DNA of 51,234 bases from Candidatus Pacearchaeota archaeon (lineage in GTDB: Archaea > Nanobdellota > Nanobdellia > Pacearchaeales > GW2011-AR1): assembly GCA_023132255.1 (NCBI GenBank), contig JAGLYK010000015.1, positions 1-51,234 of the forward strand. The letters run 5' to 3'. Positions 35,465-43,984 of the stretch are shown one piece after another. Below the pieces are notes generated by a model. The model saw nothing but the letters and a program-made list of their open reading frames with translations. It was not told where the DNA came from and did not search any database. The stretch's first letter is position 1; the number at the start of each line of letters is the position of its first letter. The position numbers and the translations under genes are program-made.

Positions 35465-35506
35465 AATTAATTTTAGAAGAAATGCGTTTTTAAAAGTTGT
35501 TGTTGA

Positions 35507-35923
35507 TTAAATAGATAAAATTTTTTCAAAACCCTTGTGCTTATAATATAATTCATTTCCTTTTCCATCAAAATTAATTAATGTATTAATGTATAAAACT
35601 AATAGAGGATTGTTGTAAAGAAGATTTTCTCTCTCCTGAAACTCTTGTTCGTTTAACATCCTTACTCCTTCCCATTGTTTACAGAAATCTATATTAAAAT
35701 TAACCCTCCACCCATAATCAAATCTTTTTGAGGGTCTCAATCTATTAAAAAAACTTTTAGTGATTAATGCCATTCCTTTATAGTTTCTTAACTTATTTAT
35801 AGAAGACGTTTCTCCATAAATTATTAGAGTGCCATTTGGATGTCCTCCCCATTTTAACATTAATCCAGGTTTTACTTCAGGACCAACTAATTCATCTAAA
35901 TGATTATCTTTTACCATATACAA
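35507..35923 (-). CDS. hypothetical protein
   Basis: 138-aa ORF with no motif. Confidence 0.45.
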   Translation of the reverse strand: MYMVKDNHLDELVGPEVKPGLMLKWGGHPNGTLIIYGETSSINKLRNYKGMALITKSFFNRLRPSKRFDYGWRVNFNIDFCKQWEGVRMLNEQEFQERENLLYNNPLLVLYINTLINFDGKGNELYYKHKGFEKILSI

Positions 35924-35965
35924 TCACTTAAATTACTCTTTATAAGAATTATTATACTCAAAAAA

Positions 35966-37516
35966 TTATTTCCCCTTCCCAGCCAACTCACACCTTTGAT
36001 TATACTCAATTAAATCATTAATCAAAATGCTTGTATTTTTTCTTGCCTCTTCAACTTTGTGAAAATTTAATTTTCCTTTTTTAAAATCTGTTCTTGCCTT
36101 TACCAAATCTTTCAAAATCCTCAGGTGCTGGGCAGTAAACTTCCCCTTTTTCACAAAATCTTCCTCAAACTCAGAAATCAAAACTGCCTGAGCTTTTTTG
36201 CCCATCCCAGCTTTCAACAAACCAAAAACATCATGGTAAATTTGCTCAATAACTTTCTCCTGCGCCCCTTTCTCAATCTGCTTTCTCAACTCCTTCAGGG
36301 TCTTCAAATAAGCATCTGTCTCTTTAACCATCTCGTCTATTTTCTTCCCGGAAATCTTAAACTTTGTGTCGTGCTCATACTCCTTAAACAACTTAACTGC
36401 CTTGACCAAAATTTCCATATCTGATTTCTTAATCATTTTCTCTTTCTTCACAAAAATATCTTCCATCATTGTAATTGTTTCTTTGTGGGTCGGAGGCGGA
36501 AGCCCATACAGCATAATCAATGCCTGCGACGGATTCAACACGCTATAATAAATATCCATCATCGCCTCTAACAATCTCCTGTTAACCATTTCTTTTGTCT
36601 TCTCTGCAGTTTTCATAAACATATCAATTGACTCTGGCGACGGTCTTAACTTGCCCATTTTCAACAACGCCTTCCACGGCATGAACGTTCCCCTGTCATA
36701 AATCGGAATCCCGTCACGGATAAAAGTAAAAATAACCGGATTAGCATCTTTGACAGCGTCCCAAAAATCTGTCAAAAGATAAGTCTGAATATGCAGTTCA
36801 TTTTTCACCCCAGCCAAAGCAGTAGCCTCGCCAACATACTGGTAAATTATTGACCTCAGTCTTTCCTTCAACTCAACCCTCGGCATACGCTTCACGTCGG
36901 TGTCATTAATAATCACATAAACATCTAAATCAGATGTTGGTGTTGCCTTGCCTCCGACAAAACTTCCCGCAATAACATAACTAACAACATATTTCTCAAA
37001 CTTCTGCAGCACTAGGGATTTGTGAATCTCCGCCATCCTCAACGCCCCTAAAAATCCCTTGTCATAAAGTGGAAACGACATTGCAATGGCCCCTGCCAAA
37101 TCAAACTTAGAATCCAGACACATATCCCAAATATCAATCGGAGTTTTAATCTGCAGCCAGATTTTATGCTCCTTATTAGAATTCAGTTTTTCTATCTGCT
37201 TGACAATTTCCTGCGTCATCTTCGGAATTTCCTTTAATTTTTCTTCAGGCACAATCATATAAAGCTGCATGTGCTTCTCGGTTTCCTTGGGCATCTCTTC
37301 CTCTTCGATAAATTTTTTAATTGCCTGCGGCGGAAGAACACTCAGCGACTGAGTAAAAGGATATTTCTTAACAATAAAAGATTTCAGTTTTTCTAATTCT
37401 TTTTTCGTCTTCTCAACATTTTTTTTTATTTTCTCCGGACTTTCAGCATTAGGAATCTTTTTTGAATATTTTCTGTCGAGATTCATTTCCGGGATATCTT
37501 GATTTTGATTTGCCAT
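35966..37516 (-). CDS. nucleotidyltransferase domain protein with N-terminal extension and helical C-domain
   Basis: VIAGSFVGGKATPTSDLDVYVIINDTD (GS...DxD). Collinear similarity with 32369..33358 through the C-terminal helical region. Confidence 0.6.
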   Translation of the reverse strand: MANQNQDIPEMNLDRKYSKKIPNAESPEKIKKNVEKTKKELEKLKSFIVKKYPFTQSLSVLPPQAIKKFIEEEEMPKETEKHMQLYMIVPEEKLKEIPKMTQEIVKQIEKLNSNKEHKIWLQIKTPIDIWDMCLDSKFDLAGAIAMSFPLYDKGFLGALRMAEIHKSLVLQKFEKYVVSYVIAGSFVGGKATPTSDLDVYVIINDTDVKRMPRVELKERLRSIIYQYVGEATALAGVKNELHIQTYLLTDFWDAVKDANPVIFTFIRDGIPIYDRGTFMPWKALLKMGKLRPSPESIDMFMKTAEKTKEMVNRRLLEAMMDIYYSVLNPSQALIMLYGLPPPTHKETITMMEDIFVKKEKMIKKSDMEILVKAVKLFKEYEHDTKFKISGKKIDEMVKETDAYLKTLKELRKQIEKGAQEKVIEQIYHDVFGLLKAGMGKKAQAVLISEFEEDFVKKGKFTAQHLRILKDLVKARTDFKKGKLNFHKVEEARKNTSILINDLIEYNQRCELAGKGK

Positions 37517-37685
37517 TTTTGTTATAACTGAAAAAGAATAAATACGCTTTTAAATGTTTTTGTTAAGAAAATTTCCGAAAGTTTAATTATTTCCAAAATT
37601 GGATAGCAGTTTTTGTTATGAATTCTGGACAATAAAAATAATTATTTTGAGATAGTTTTTTATACTTAGGTTTTTTTATTTTTTT

Positions 37686-39125
37686 ATGTTGAATGTGTTT
37701 AAGCAATTTAAAAAAGAGGACATCCCCAAGTTAAGATACGGAATTTTGCATTCTCAGGTTGGATTTTCTGACGGGGTTTCTATTGTTATGGAGCAGGTGG
37801 AGAAGGTGATGAGCAAACATCTTAAAATTCCTAAAAAAAATATTTTTTATTTAGTTGGGAAATCTAAATATAAATCTCCTCAAATTTCTGAGAACGAGAT
37901 TTTATGGCAGTGGCATCCAGTTAATAAACTGATGCTTAGGCATTATCACAAAGGTTGTGGAGGGTCTAGAAGTGAAAAAATAGAAAAAGCATTAGAGTAT
38001 GCAAAAAATGTTATTGGTGATTTTATTGAAAAGAATAAAATTGATATAATAATTGTTCATAATTCTTCACATCCAATTAATTTCATTAGCAGTATTGCTT
38101 TGTCCAGACATTATAGAGATTTTTCTAAGAGGGGTAAAAGAACCCCGAAATATATTCTCTGGTGGCATGATTCACATCTGGAGAGAAAGAGTTTTCAAAA
38201 TCCTGCAAACGATATTGAGCAATATTTATTAGAAGGGGTTCCCGGAAGATATGTTGAATATATTATTTTTATAAACAGCCTTCAAATTGGAAGGGCCAAA
38301 GAGTATTTTGCAAAACTTGATAAAATAAAACCTGATTTTTCAAAACAAATATTTTTGAACAGAAATGTTGTTTATAATACTACAGATACTTTTATTAAAT
38401 CTTTTAATGATCTAAAATCTAAGGATTTTAATGGAAAGGTTACGCAGTTTATCAGGGATTTTAAAATAAAAGAATTGTTGAAAAAGTATGGATTAAGATT
38501 TCCAGAAGTTTTATTTTGTTTACAGCATACGAGGATTTTAGACAGAAAAAGAATTGATTTTGCACTGCAATATTGTTATGAATTGCTTTGTAAACTTAAA
38601 AGGAAAAAAGATGTACGGGCAATTTATTTTTTAATATCAGGACAGCACGCGGAGGGGAATCCTAAAAAAAAGCTGATTAAATTAAATCAAAAATTGTCAA
38701 AAATATATCCAGAGTGCAAGGTGTTTTTAGTTTTTGCCGAGGATTATTATAATAAAACTAGGATTATTTTTGAGGATTATCCTAGAATTTTCGCAAAACT
38801 AAAAGGATTTTCAACATTTTTCAGCGAGGTAGAAGGTTTTGGGAATAATTTACTGGAGGTATTAGCATCTGGTTTGATTCCGGTTATTTATAAATATCCT
38901 GTTTTTAAAAAAGATATTGAAAAATACAGGCTGAACATGGTTGCTTTAAATAAGTATGAAATTGATGAGGAATCTCTCTTGAAAACAATGGAAGTAGTTA
39001 CAAACACTAAAAAAAGGAGAAAAATGATTGAGGATAATTTAAAGATATTAAAAAAGAATTTTCCCCATAGGATTATGGCTTTTAGATTGCGTCAGGCATT
39101 TACTAAAAAGAGAATGCATAGTTGA
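37686..39125 (+). CDS. GT-B fold glycosyltransferase (GT4-like)
   Basis: C-terminal EVEGFGNNLLEVLASGLIPVI (E-x7-E donor-binding motif). Confidence 0.65.
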   Translation: MLNVFKQFKKEDIPKLRYGILHSQVGFSDGVSIVMEQVEKVMSKHLKIPKKNIFYLVGKSKYKSPQISENEILWQWHPVNKLMLRHYHKGCGGSRSEKIEKALEYAKNVIGDFIEKNKIDIIIVHNSSHPINFISSIALSRHYRDFSKRGKRTPKYILWWHDSHLERKSFQNPANDIEQYLLEGVPGRYVEYIIFINSLQIGRAKEYFAKLDKIKPDFSKQIFLNRNVVYNTTDTFIKSFNDLKSKDFNGKVTQFIRDFKIKELLKKYGLRFPEVLFCLQHTRILDRKRIDFALQYCYELLCKLKRKKDVRAIYFLISGQHAEGNPKKKLIKLNQKLSKIYPECKVFLVFAEDYYNKTRIIFEDYPRIFAKLKGFSTFFSEVEGFGNNLLEVLASGLIPVIYKYPVFKKDIEKYRLNMVALNKYEIDEESLLKTMEVVTNTKKRRKMIEDNLKILKKNFPHRIMAFRLRQAFTKKRMHS

Positions 39126-39168
39126 TGTTTGAAAAAGTTCTTGATAGCACTTTTTGTGATAAACTTTG

Positions 39169-39366
39169 TTACATGCCTAAAAATTTAAGCAATTCATATA
39201 CTAAAAATGCAGGCCATACAATTGCTTTTAATACCCCTAAAACTCCCATCCAAAATCCAGTTGCAGTAGAGATATAATAAATTGCTGCTCCAATAAAACC
39301 AAAGCCATAAAATGCCCCTCCACAACCAGTATTGCATACATTTTGTTTCATATTTTTTCTTTTCAT
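39169..39366 (-). CDS. small hypothetical membrane protein
   Basis: 65 aa with two hydrophobic helices and an N-terminal CNTGC. Confidence 0.35.
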   Translation of the reverse strand: MKRKNMKQNVCNTGCGGAFYGFGFIGAAIYYISTATGFWMGVLGVLKAIVWPAFLVYELLKFLGM

Positions 39367-39392
39367 ATTTACCTCTTATTTATTTAATAACA

Positions 39393-39464
39393 TGGTCCTA
39401 AGCAGAATCGAACTGCTGTTTCTTCGGTGTAAACGAAGTGTCTTAGCCACTGGACTATAGGACC
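39393..39464 (-). tRNA. tRNA-Val (TAC)
   Basis: Acceptor GGTCCTA/TAGGACC, anticodon arm CTTCG-TTTACAC-CGAAG, T arm AGCAG-TTCGATT-CTGCT, discriminator A. Confidence 0.85.
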
Positions 39465-39465
39465 T

Positions 39466-39549
39466 CAAAAGACACCTTGCGGTTTCTTTTGTAAACTTCC
39501 CTCTCTGTTCAGATTAGCGATTTCTTTATTGCAATCCGATGGAAATCGC
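39466..39549 (-). repeat. 84-nt cassette (hairpin M0 + TATA-like box) abutting the tRNA-Val 5' end
   Basis: Second copy of the 34800-34883 cassette. It ends 1 nt before tRNA-Val position +1. The hairpin loop variant (GGATTGCAAT) matches the ScpA copy. Confidence 0.85.
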
Positions 39550-39615
39550 AGGGATATTGCAACTATTATTTTAGTCGCATAAATTTTATATAGCATGTGT
39601 GCTTTTAAGTTTTAC

Positions 39616-39661
39616 GCGTGGTTAATTTATTGATAGAATACATCGTTGCCAACGATGTGAG
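39616..39661 (+). pseudogene. tRNA-Gly(GCC)-like 5' portion (acceptor strand, D arm, complete anticodon arm) without a recognisable T arm
   Basis: GCGTGGT-TA-ATTT-ATTGATA-GAAT-A-CATCG-TTGCCAA-CGATG-TGAG compares with the intact tRNA-Gly GCGTGAG-TA-GTTT-AATGGTA-GAAC-G-TAACG-TTGCCAA-CGTTG. It is followed by repeat-related sequence (ACCTCTAACGAGG). Confidence 0.5.
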
Positions 39662-39749
39662 CCGGGTTTCCCACAGGGATGACCTCTAACGAGGCCTCAA
39701 TTCCCTCGCGACTATATTTTTTTAAACTATCTTTTCTAATTTCTTTTAA

Positions 39750-39820
39750 GCGTGAGTAGTTTAATGGTAGAACGTAACGTTGCCAACGTTGAGATCGGAG
39801 TTCGATTCTCCGTTCGCGCA
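39750..39820 (+). tRNA. tRNA-Gly (GCC)
   Basis: Acceptor GCGTGAG/TTCGCGC (two G-U pairs), anticodon arm TAACG-TTGCCAA-CGTTG, T arm CGGAG-TTCGATT-CTCCG, discriminator A. Confidence 0.9.
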
Positions 39821-39854
39821 TAATAACATAGTAAATATGGGAGTCTGAGGGTTC

Positions 39855-39955
39855 ATTTTCCCGGCGAGCGATTTCCGAGGCTCAACAAAGTTGAGTCATC
39901 CCAGTGGGATGGTAGGGAGTAAATTTAATATTAATAACCCGTGCGAAGTCGCGAG
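39855..39955 (+). repeat. two-hairpin repeat element, copy 2
   Basis: The 55-nt core 39864-39918 is identical to 30421-30475. 3' box AATAACCCGTGCGAAGTCGCGAG. Lies between tRNA-Gly and the EamA transporter gene. Confidence 0.8.
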
Positions 39956-40014
39956 TTAGCGCATTTCCTTAAATCTTTTAAACCCTTTTTCCTAATATTA
40001 AACAGAGGTGAAAC

Positions 40015-40872
40015 ATGGTTTTTTATTTTCCAATTTTAGGTGCAGTTGCATTAGCAACAGGGCTTGTAGTGCAAAAAACACTTTTACGAAAAAGAAAAAT
40101 CAACATCAAGCTTTTCCAGTCAGCAGAATTCCTCGCAATTACTTTAGCACTTCTTCCTTTTGTTTATTTTTTCTGGAAAATTGATGCCCAGGCATTTGAA
40201 CTCGGAAATACACTCATCTTCTCGTTGGTAATTATTCTTTCAATCGCCGCGAACCTTTTTACTTATTATTCAATGAAATGGGAAAAATTAAATAATCTGG
40301 AACCTGCAAAACTCCTTGAACCATTATTTATTATTTTGCTCGCAATTATTTTTAGCTACTTGGTAAGCGAAACCCTTTTTGAAAGAAATATAAAAATAAT
40401 CATCCCTGCATTAATCGCCAGTGCTGCAATAATTTTCTCGCACATAAAAAAACATCATTTGCATTTCAACAAATATTTCATCGCAGCAATCCTCGGAAGC
40501 TTTTTCTTCGCACTTGAATTAATAATCACAAGACTAATCCTTGACTTCTACTCCCCGACAACATTTTATTTCTTAAGATGCACAACAATTTTCCTAATCA
40601 GTTTCATTGCATTTAAACCAGACTTCAGCAAACTAAACAAAAAAGTAAAATTACAAATTTTCGCATTAGGATTTCTCTGGGCTTTTTACAGGGTAATAAT
40701 TTATTACGGCTTCCTAAAACTCGGCGTAATCTTCACAACACTAATGATAATGCTTAGCCCGATATTTATTTATTTGTTTGCATGGAAATTCCTAAAAGAA
40801 AAATTAAGCTGGAGAAACATCGTCGCTGCTTTAGTTATAGTTGGGTGTGTTTTGTATGCTATTTTGGGTTGA
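40015..40872 (+). CDS. EamA/DMT-family transporter
   Basis: 285 aa, about 10 TM segments in two repeated halves. Confidence 0.75.
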   Translation: MVFYFPILGAVALATGLVVQKTLLRKRKINIKLFQSAEFLAITLALLPFVYFFWKIDAQAFELGNTLIFSLVIILSIAANLFTYYSMKWEKLNNLEPAKLLEPLFIILLAIIFSYLVSETLFERNIKIIIPALIASAAIIFSHIKKHHLHFNKYFIAAILGSFFFALELIITRLILDFYSPTTFYFLRCTTIFLISFIAFKPDFSKLNKKVKLQIFALGFLWAFYRVIIYYGFLKLGVIFTTLMIMLSPIFIYLFAWKFLKEKLSWRNIVAALVIVGCVLYAILG

Positions 40873-40885
40873 TTTAATAATTTTA

Positions 40886-41119
40886 TTAAAGAGGAATCAA
40901 TCCTTGTTCATAATCCTCTTTCAATTGTCTATATTTTAAATAGATACTCATATCTCCTAATCGCATACCAAACATTGTATGATATTGGACAGCTTTTTTG
41001 AGTAATCCACGATATTTTGGTTCAATACTTTCCCAGTCGGTTATCATCTCATTAGCTATTTCAGCTATCCTCCCTTCTTTTATTGTTCTATCCCAAAATT
41101 CATTTTCATCTATTCCCAT
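40886..41119 (-). CDS. hypothetical protein immediately downstream of the thermosome gene
   Basis: 77-aa ORF, 1-nt gap from the thermosome stop. Confidence 0.4.
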   Translation of the reverse strand: MGIDENEFWDRTIKEGRIAEIANEMITDWESIEPKYRGLLKKAVQYHTMFGMRLGDMSIYLKYRQLKEDYEQGLIPL

Positions 41120-41120
41120 C

Positions 41121-42824
41121 TCAATACCCTGGCATCCCAGGCATGCCCCCTGTCATGGAATTCATGCTCCCTGTTTTATCTGTTGAAGCAATAACATCAT
41201 CAATTCTTAAAATCATAATCGCAACTTCTGACGCAGAATTAATTGCCTGACTCTTAATTTTGTACGGCTCAATAATTCTTGCTTCCAGAACATTTTCAAC
41301 TTTGTTAGTAAACAAATTAATTCCGGCATTTTTTTCCCCGGCATCATGCCTTGATTTTAATTCTGTTAAAATATCTATTGGATCAATTCCTGCATTTTCT
41401 GCCAAAGTTGTTGGTATAAATTCCAACGCAGATGCAAACTCTTCAACAGCGAGTTGTTCTCTTCCGCTTAATGACTGGCCAAAATGCCTTAGTCTGTGCG
41501 CAAGTTCAATTTCAATAGCACCTCCCCCTGGAACAACCAACCCGGTTTTCATGGAAGAGGCAACATCACCCATGCCATCTTTTAAAGCTCTTTCAGTTTC
41601 ATCAAGAACATGCTCTGTTCCGCCATGAATTAAAATTGTTAATGCTTTTGGGTTTTTGCATCCTTTAATATAAGTTAAAGTATCTTCGCCATGCTTCACT
41701 TCTTCAACAATCTGGGCATAGCCTAATTCCGGCGAAGCAAGCTCATTTAAATTACTCACGATTTTTCCCCCGGTTGCCTTGGATATTTTTTCCATATCGC
41801 TTTTTGCAACTCTTCTGCATACATAAATATTTTTTTTAGATAATAAATACTGCGCAAAATCATCAACCCCTTTCTGGCAAAAAACAACATTTGCTCCGGA
41901 CATCTCAATTTTCCCAACCATGTCTTTAATTGATTCTTCTTCCTGCTGAATAAAACTCTGCAACTGCTCAGGAGAAGAAATTGAAATTTTTGTATCTATT
42001 TCAGGATTTTTTAATTCCAAAGCAAAATCAACCAAAGCAATTTTCGCATCATAAACAACCTTCGGCATATCAGCTGAAACTTTCTCCTTGTCCAGAACAA
42101 TTCCGGAAATCAATTCTGTATCTTTAATGCTGTTCCCTTTTGATTTTTCTATTTTAATATCATTTAAATCAATTTTCCCATTATGCTGAATTTGCTTTCG
42201 TTCAATGTCCTCGGCGGACGATTGAAAATCTCCGATTTGCTTTTTCCCGAATTCAGTGAGGGAAGTTTGAAAATCTCCGATTTGCTTTACAGCCTTGACA
42301 ATAATCTCTGCGAACTTTTCTTTCAGACCCTCGGCACCTTTGCCAGTCATAGCAGTCATGGCAATTTGTTTTAAAATGTCTTCATCCTCGGGGCTAATCT
42401 TTAAAGAAATCTCCTTTAAAATTTCCTGGGTTTTTTCTGCTGCAATTCTATAGCCTTTTGTAATAATAGTTGGATGAATTTTTTTATCTAAAAGTTTTTC
42501 AGCATTTTCCAAAAGTTTTCCAGCAATCATAACTGCTGTGGTAGTTCCGTCCCCAACCTCACTTTCCTGCGTCTTTGCAATTTCTACCATCATCTTTGCG
42601 GCAGGGTGTTCAATCTGCATTTCATCTAAAATCGTCACGCCGTCGTTGGTAACAACAATATCATTTGTCGGAGAAACCAACATCTTGTCCATGCCTTTAG
42701 GACCAAGAGTAGTTTTAACAATCTCTGAAACCATCTTCGCCGCTAAAATATTATTTCTTTGGGCATCCTTGCCCATTATCCTCTGAATATCTTCTGGCAT
42801 TAGAACAACTGGTTTTTCTGTCAT
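41121..42824 (-). CDS. ths: thermosome subunit (group II chaperonin) carrying a 30-aa repeat-derived insertion
   Basis: [34 protein letters not shown] motifs and a GGMPGMPGY tail. The extra segment is [30 protein letters not shown]. Confidence 0.95.
   Translation of the reverse strand: MTEKPVVLMPEDIQRIMGKDAQRNNILAAKMVSEIVKTTLGPKGMDKMLVSPTNDIVVTNDGVTILDEMQIEHPAAKMMVEIAKTQESEVGDGTTTAVMIAGKLLENAEKLLDKKIHPTIITKGYRIAAEKTQEILKEISLKISPEDEDILKQIAMTAMTGKGAEGLKEKFAEIIVKAVKQIGDFQTSLTEFGKKQIGDFQSSAEDIERKQIQHNGKIDLNDIKIEKSKGNSIKDTELISGIVLDKEKVSADMPKVVYDAKIALVDFALELKNPEIDTKISISSPEQLQSFIQQEEESIKDMVGKIEMSGANVVFCQKGVDDFAQYLLSKKNIYVCRRVAKSDMEKISKATGGKIVSNLNELASPELGYAQIVEEVKHGEDTLTYIKGCKNPKALTILIHGGTEHVLDETERALKDGMGDVASSMKTGLVVPGGGAIEIELAHRLRHFGQSLSGREQLAVEEFASALEFIPTTLAENAGIDPIDILTELKSRHDAGEKNAGINLFTNKVENVLEARIIEPYKIKSQAINSASEVAIMILRIDDVIASTDKTGSMNSMTGGMPGMPGY
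42189..42287 (-). repeat. tandem 2 x 45-nt repeat units in frame inside the thermosome gene, bounded by AAGCAAAT(C/T)
   Basis: AAGCAAAT(C/T) occurs at 42279-42287, 42234-42242 and 42189-42197, a 45-nt period. Unit B is 44/48 identical to ScpA 15097-15144. Confidence 0.9.
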
Positions 42825-43120
42825 TTAACATCCTCTAAATTTTTTAATTTAACACCAAATTTTTTTTCAAAAAGATTTTCTCCTTTTTCTGAAAGTTTTT
42901 CATAAAATATAACATAACTATTTTTATTTTCTCTATTATAAATGACATCAAACATATCTCCATTAAAATTACAAACTTTTGTTTCTACTCCTTCTTCTCC
43001 GGGTATTTTATATCCAGGAAAACGTTCAAAAAAATTTTCTGGTAAAAGACTTCCATCAGGATTAAATAATAAATATTCTTGGTCAGAATTATTTCTTTGT
43101 TTAAAATACTCATCAGCCAT
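42821..43120 (-). CDS. hypothetical protein immediately upstream of the thermosome gene
   Basis: 99-aa ORF, 4-nt overlap with the thermosome start. Confidence 0.4.
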   Translation of the reverse strand: MADEYFKQRNNSDQEYLLFNPDGSLLPENFFERFPGYKIPGEEGVETKVCNFNGDMFDVIYNRENKNSYVIFYEKLSEKGENLFEKKFGVKLKNLEDVK

Positions 43121-43217
43121 CTCTAAAAATAAAAATCCACTTATTTAAACATTATTGTCCTCAAACAAATAGGTTTTTGTCGGGCAAAATTTATAAGCAG
43201 GCAAATCATATAAAACC

Positions 43218-43772
43218 ATGGGAAGAGTATTAGTCTCTGATATCATGACAAGGGACCCAATAACTATTAAACCAAATTCTAATTTATTGGACTGCGCCAA
43301 AAAAATGGTGCAAAAAAAAGTCGGAAGCCTTTTGCTTGTAGAAAAAAAAAGGCTCGTCGGATTCATTTCTCACATGGATATTTTGTGGGCATTAGTAAAA
43401 AAATCAAAACAAGACTTATCAGAAATTAAAGCAATTGATATTTCTTCAAAAAAAATTGCGAAAATAAGCCCCACGCGCACAATTGAAGATGCCATCAATA
43501 AAATGAAAAAATTGAAATTTGAAAGGCTTCCGGTGCTCCACAAAGGAGAGCTTGTAGGCATGGTAACTATCAGGGATATTTTAAACTTTAAGCCGGAATT
43601 TTATCCAGAACTTGAGGAGTTCGCGGAAATCAGGGAAGAATCAAACAAACTAAAAAGAATAAAAAAAAGAGACCTGATAATCGAAGGCATTTGCGAGGAA
43701 TGCGGAAACTACAACATCCTCCACACATTCAACGGAATGCTAATATGTGAAACCTGCAAAAATTCTTCTTAA
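43218..43772 (+). CDS. CBS-domain pair protein with C-terminal zinc ribbon
   Basis: VSDIMTRDPITIKPNSNL and a second CBS (PTRTIEDAINKM...LPVLHKGELVGMVTIRDIL). C-terminal CEECG...CETC. Confidence 0.8.
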   Translation: MGRVLVSDIMTRDPITIKPNSNLLDCAKKMVQKKVGSLLLVEKKRLVGFISHMDILWALVKKSKQDLSEIKAIDISSKKIAKISPTRTIEDAINKMKKLKFERLPVLHKGELVGMVTIRDILNFKPEFYPELEEFAEIREESNKLKRIKKRDLIIEGICEECGNYNILHTFNGMLICETCKNSS

Positions 43773-43785
43773 GTTGTTTTACTTG

Positions 43786-43845
43786 CCCTGTTGGGGCTGA
43801 TACCCTTAGGGTATGAAACAGTATTGTTAAAACAGCCCCGTAGCC
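43786..43845 (+). other. candidate structured RNA (nested/pseudoknot-capable helices)
   Basis: GGGGCTG (43793-99) pairs with CAGCCCC (43833-39) and encloses the hairpin ATACCC-tta-GGGTAT. CTGTT/AACAG could form an alternative pseudoknot helix. GC-richer than the flanks, with no ORF. Confidence 0.25.
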
Positions 43846-43984
43846 TACACCGCATGTTCTTACGCTATATTTCATAGACCCAATTCGGGGGTTGGAGTGG
43901 AAAATATTTGCAATTTATTTTAGCAAATGTTTGAGAGCAAACTATTTAAATAAGATTTTATTCTTTCTGTAAAGAGGAATTAAA

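Noticed and set aside
39627-39821. 64-aa ORF on the minus strand from the ORF track
   Set aside because: It is antisense to the well-folded tRNA-Gly(GCC) and runs through the tRNA-like fragment and repeat DNA. It is almost certainly not coding.
39393-39960. Integrated mobile element or prophage att site at the tRNA-Val/tRNA-Gly cluster
   Set aside because: The duplicated tRNA-Gly piece is a 5' portion located just upstream of the intact gene rather than a distal 3' att repeat. No integrase, transposase or foreign gene block is nearby.
43786-43845. Possible TPP (THI-box) riboswitch because of GCTGATACCCTTAGGG
   Set aside because: It lacks the conserved CTGAGA and ACCTGATCTGGATAATGCC-type elements, and the downstream gene has no thiamine link. 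It is kept only as a generic structured-RNA candidate.
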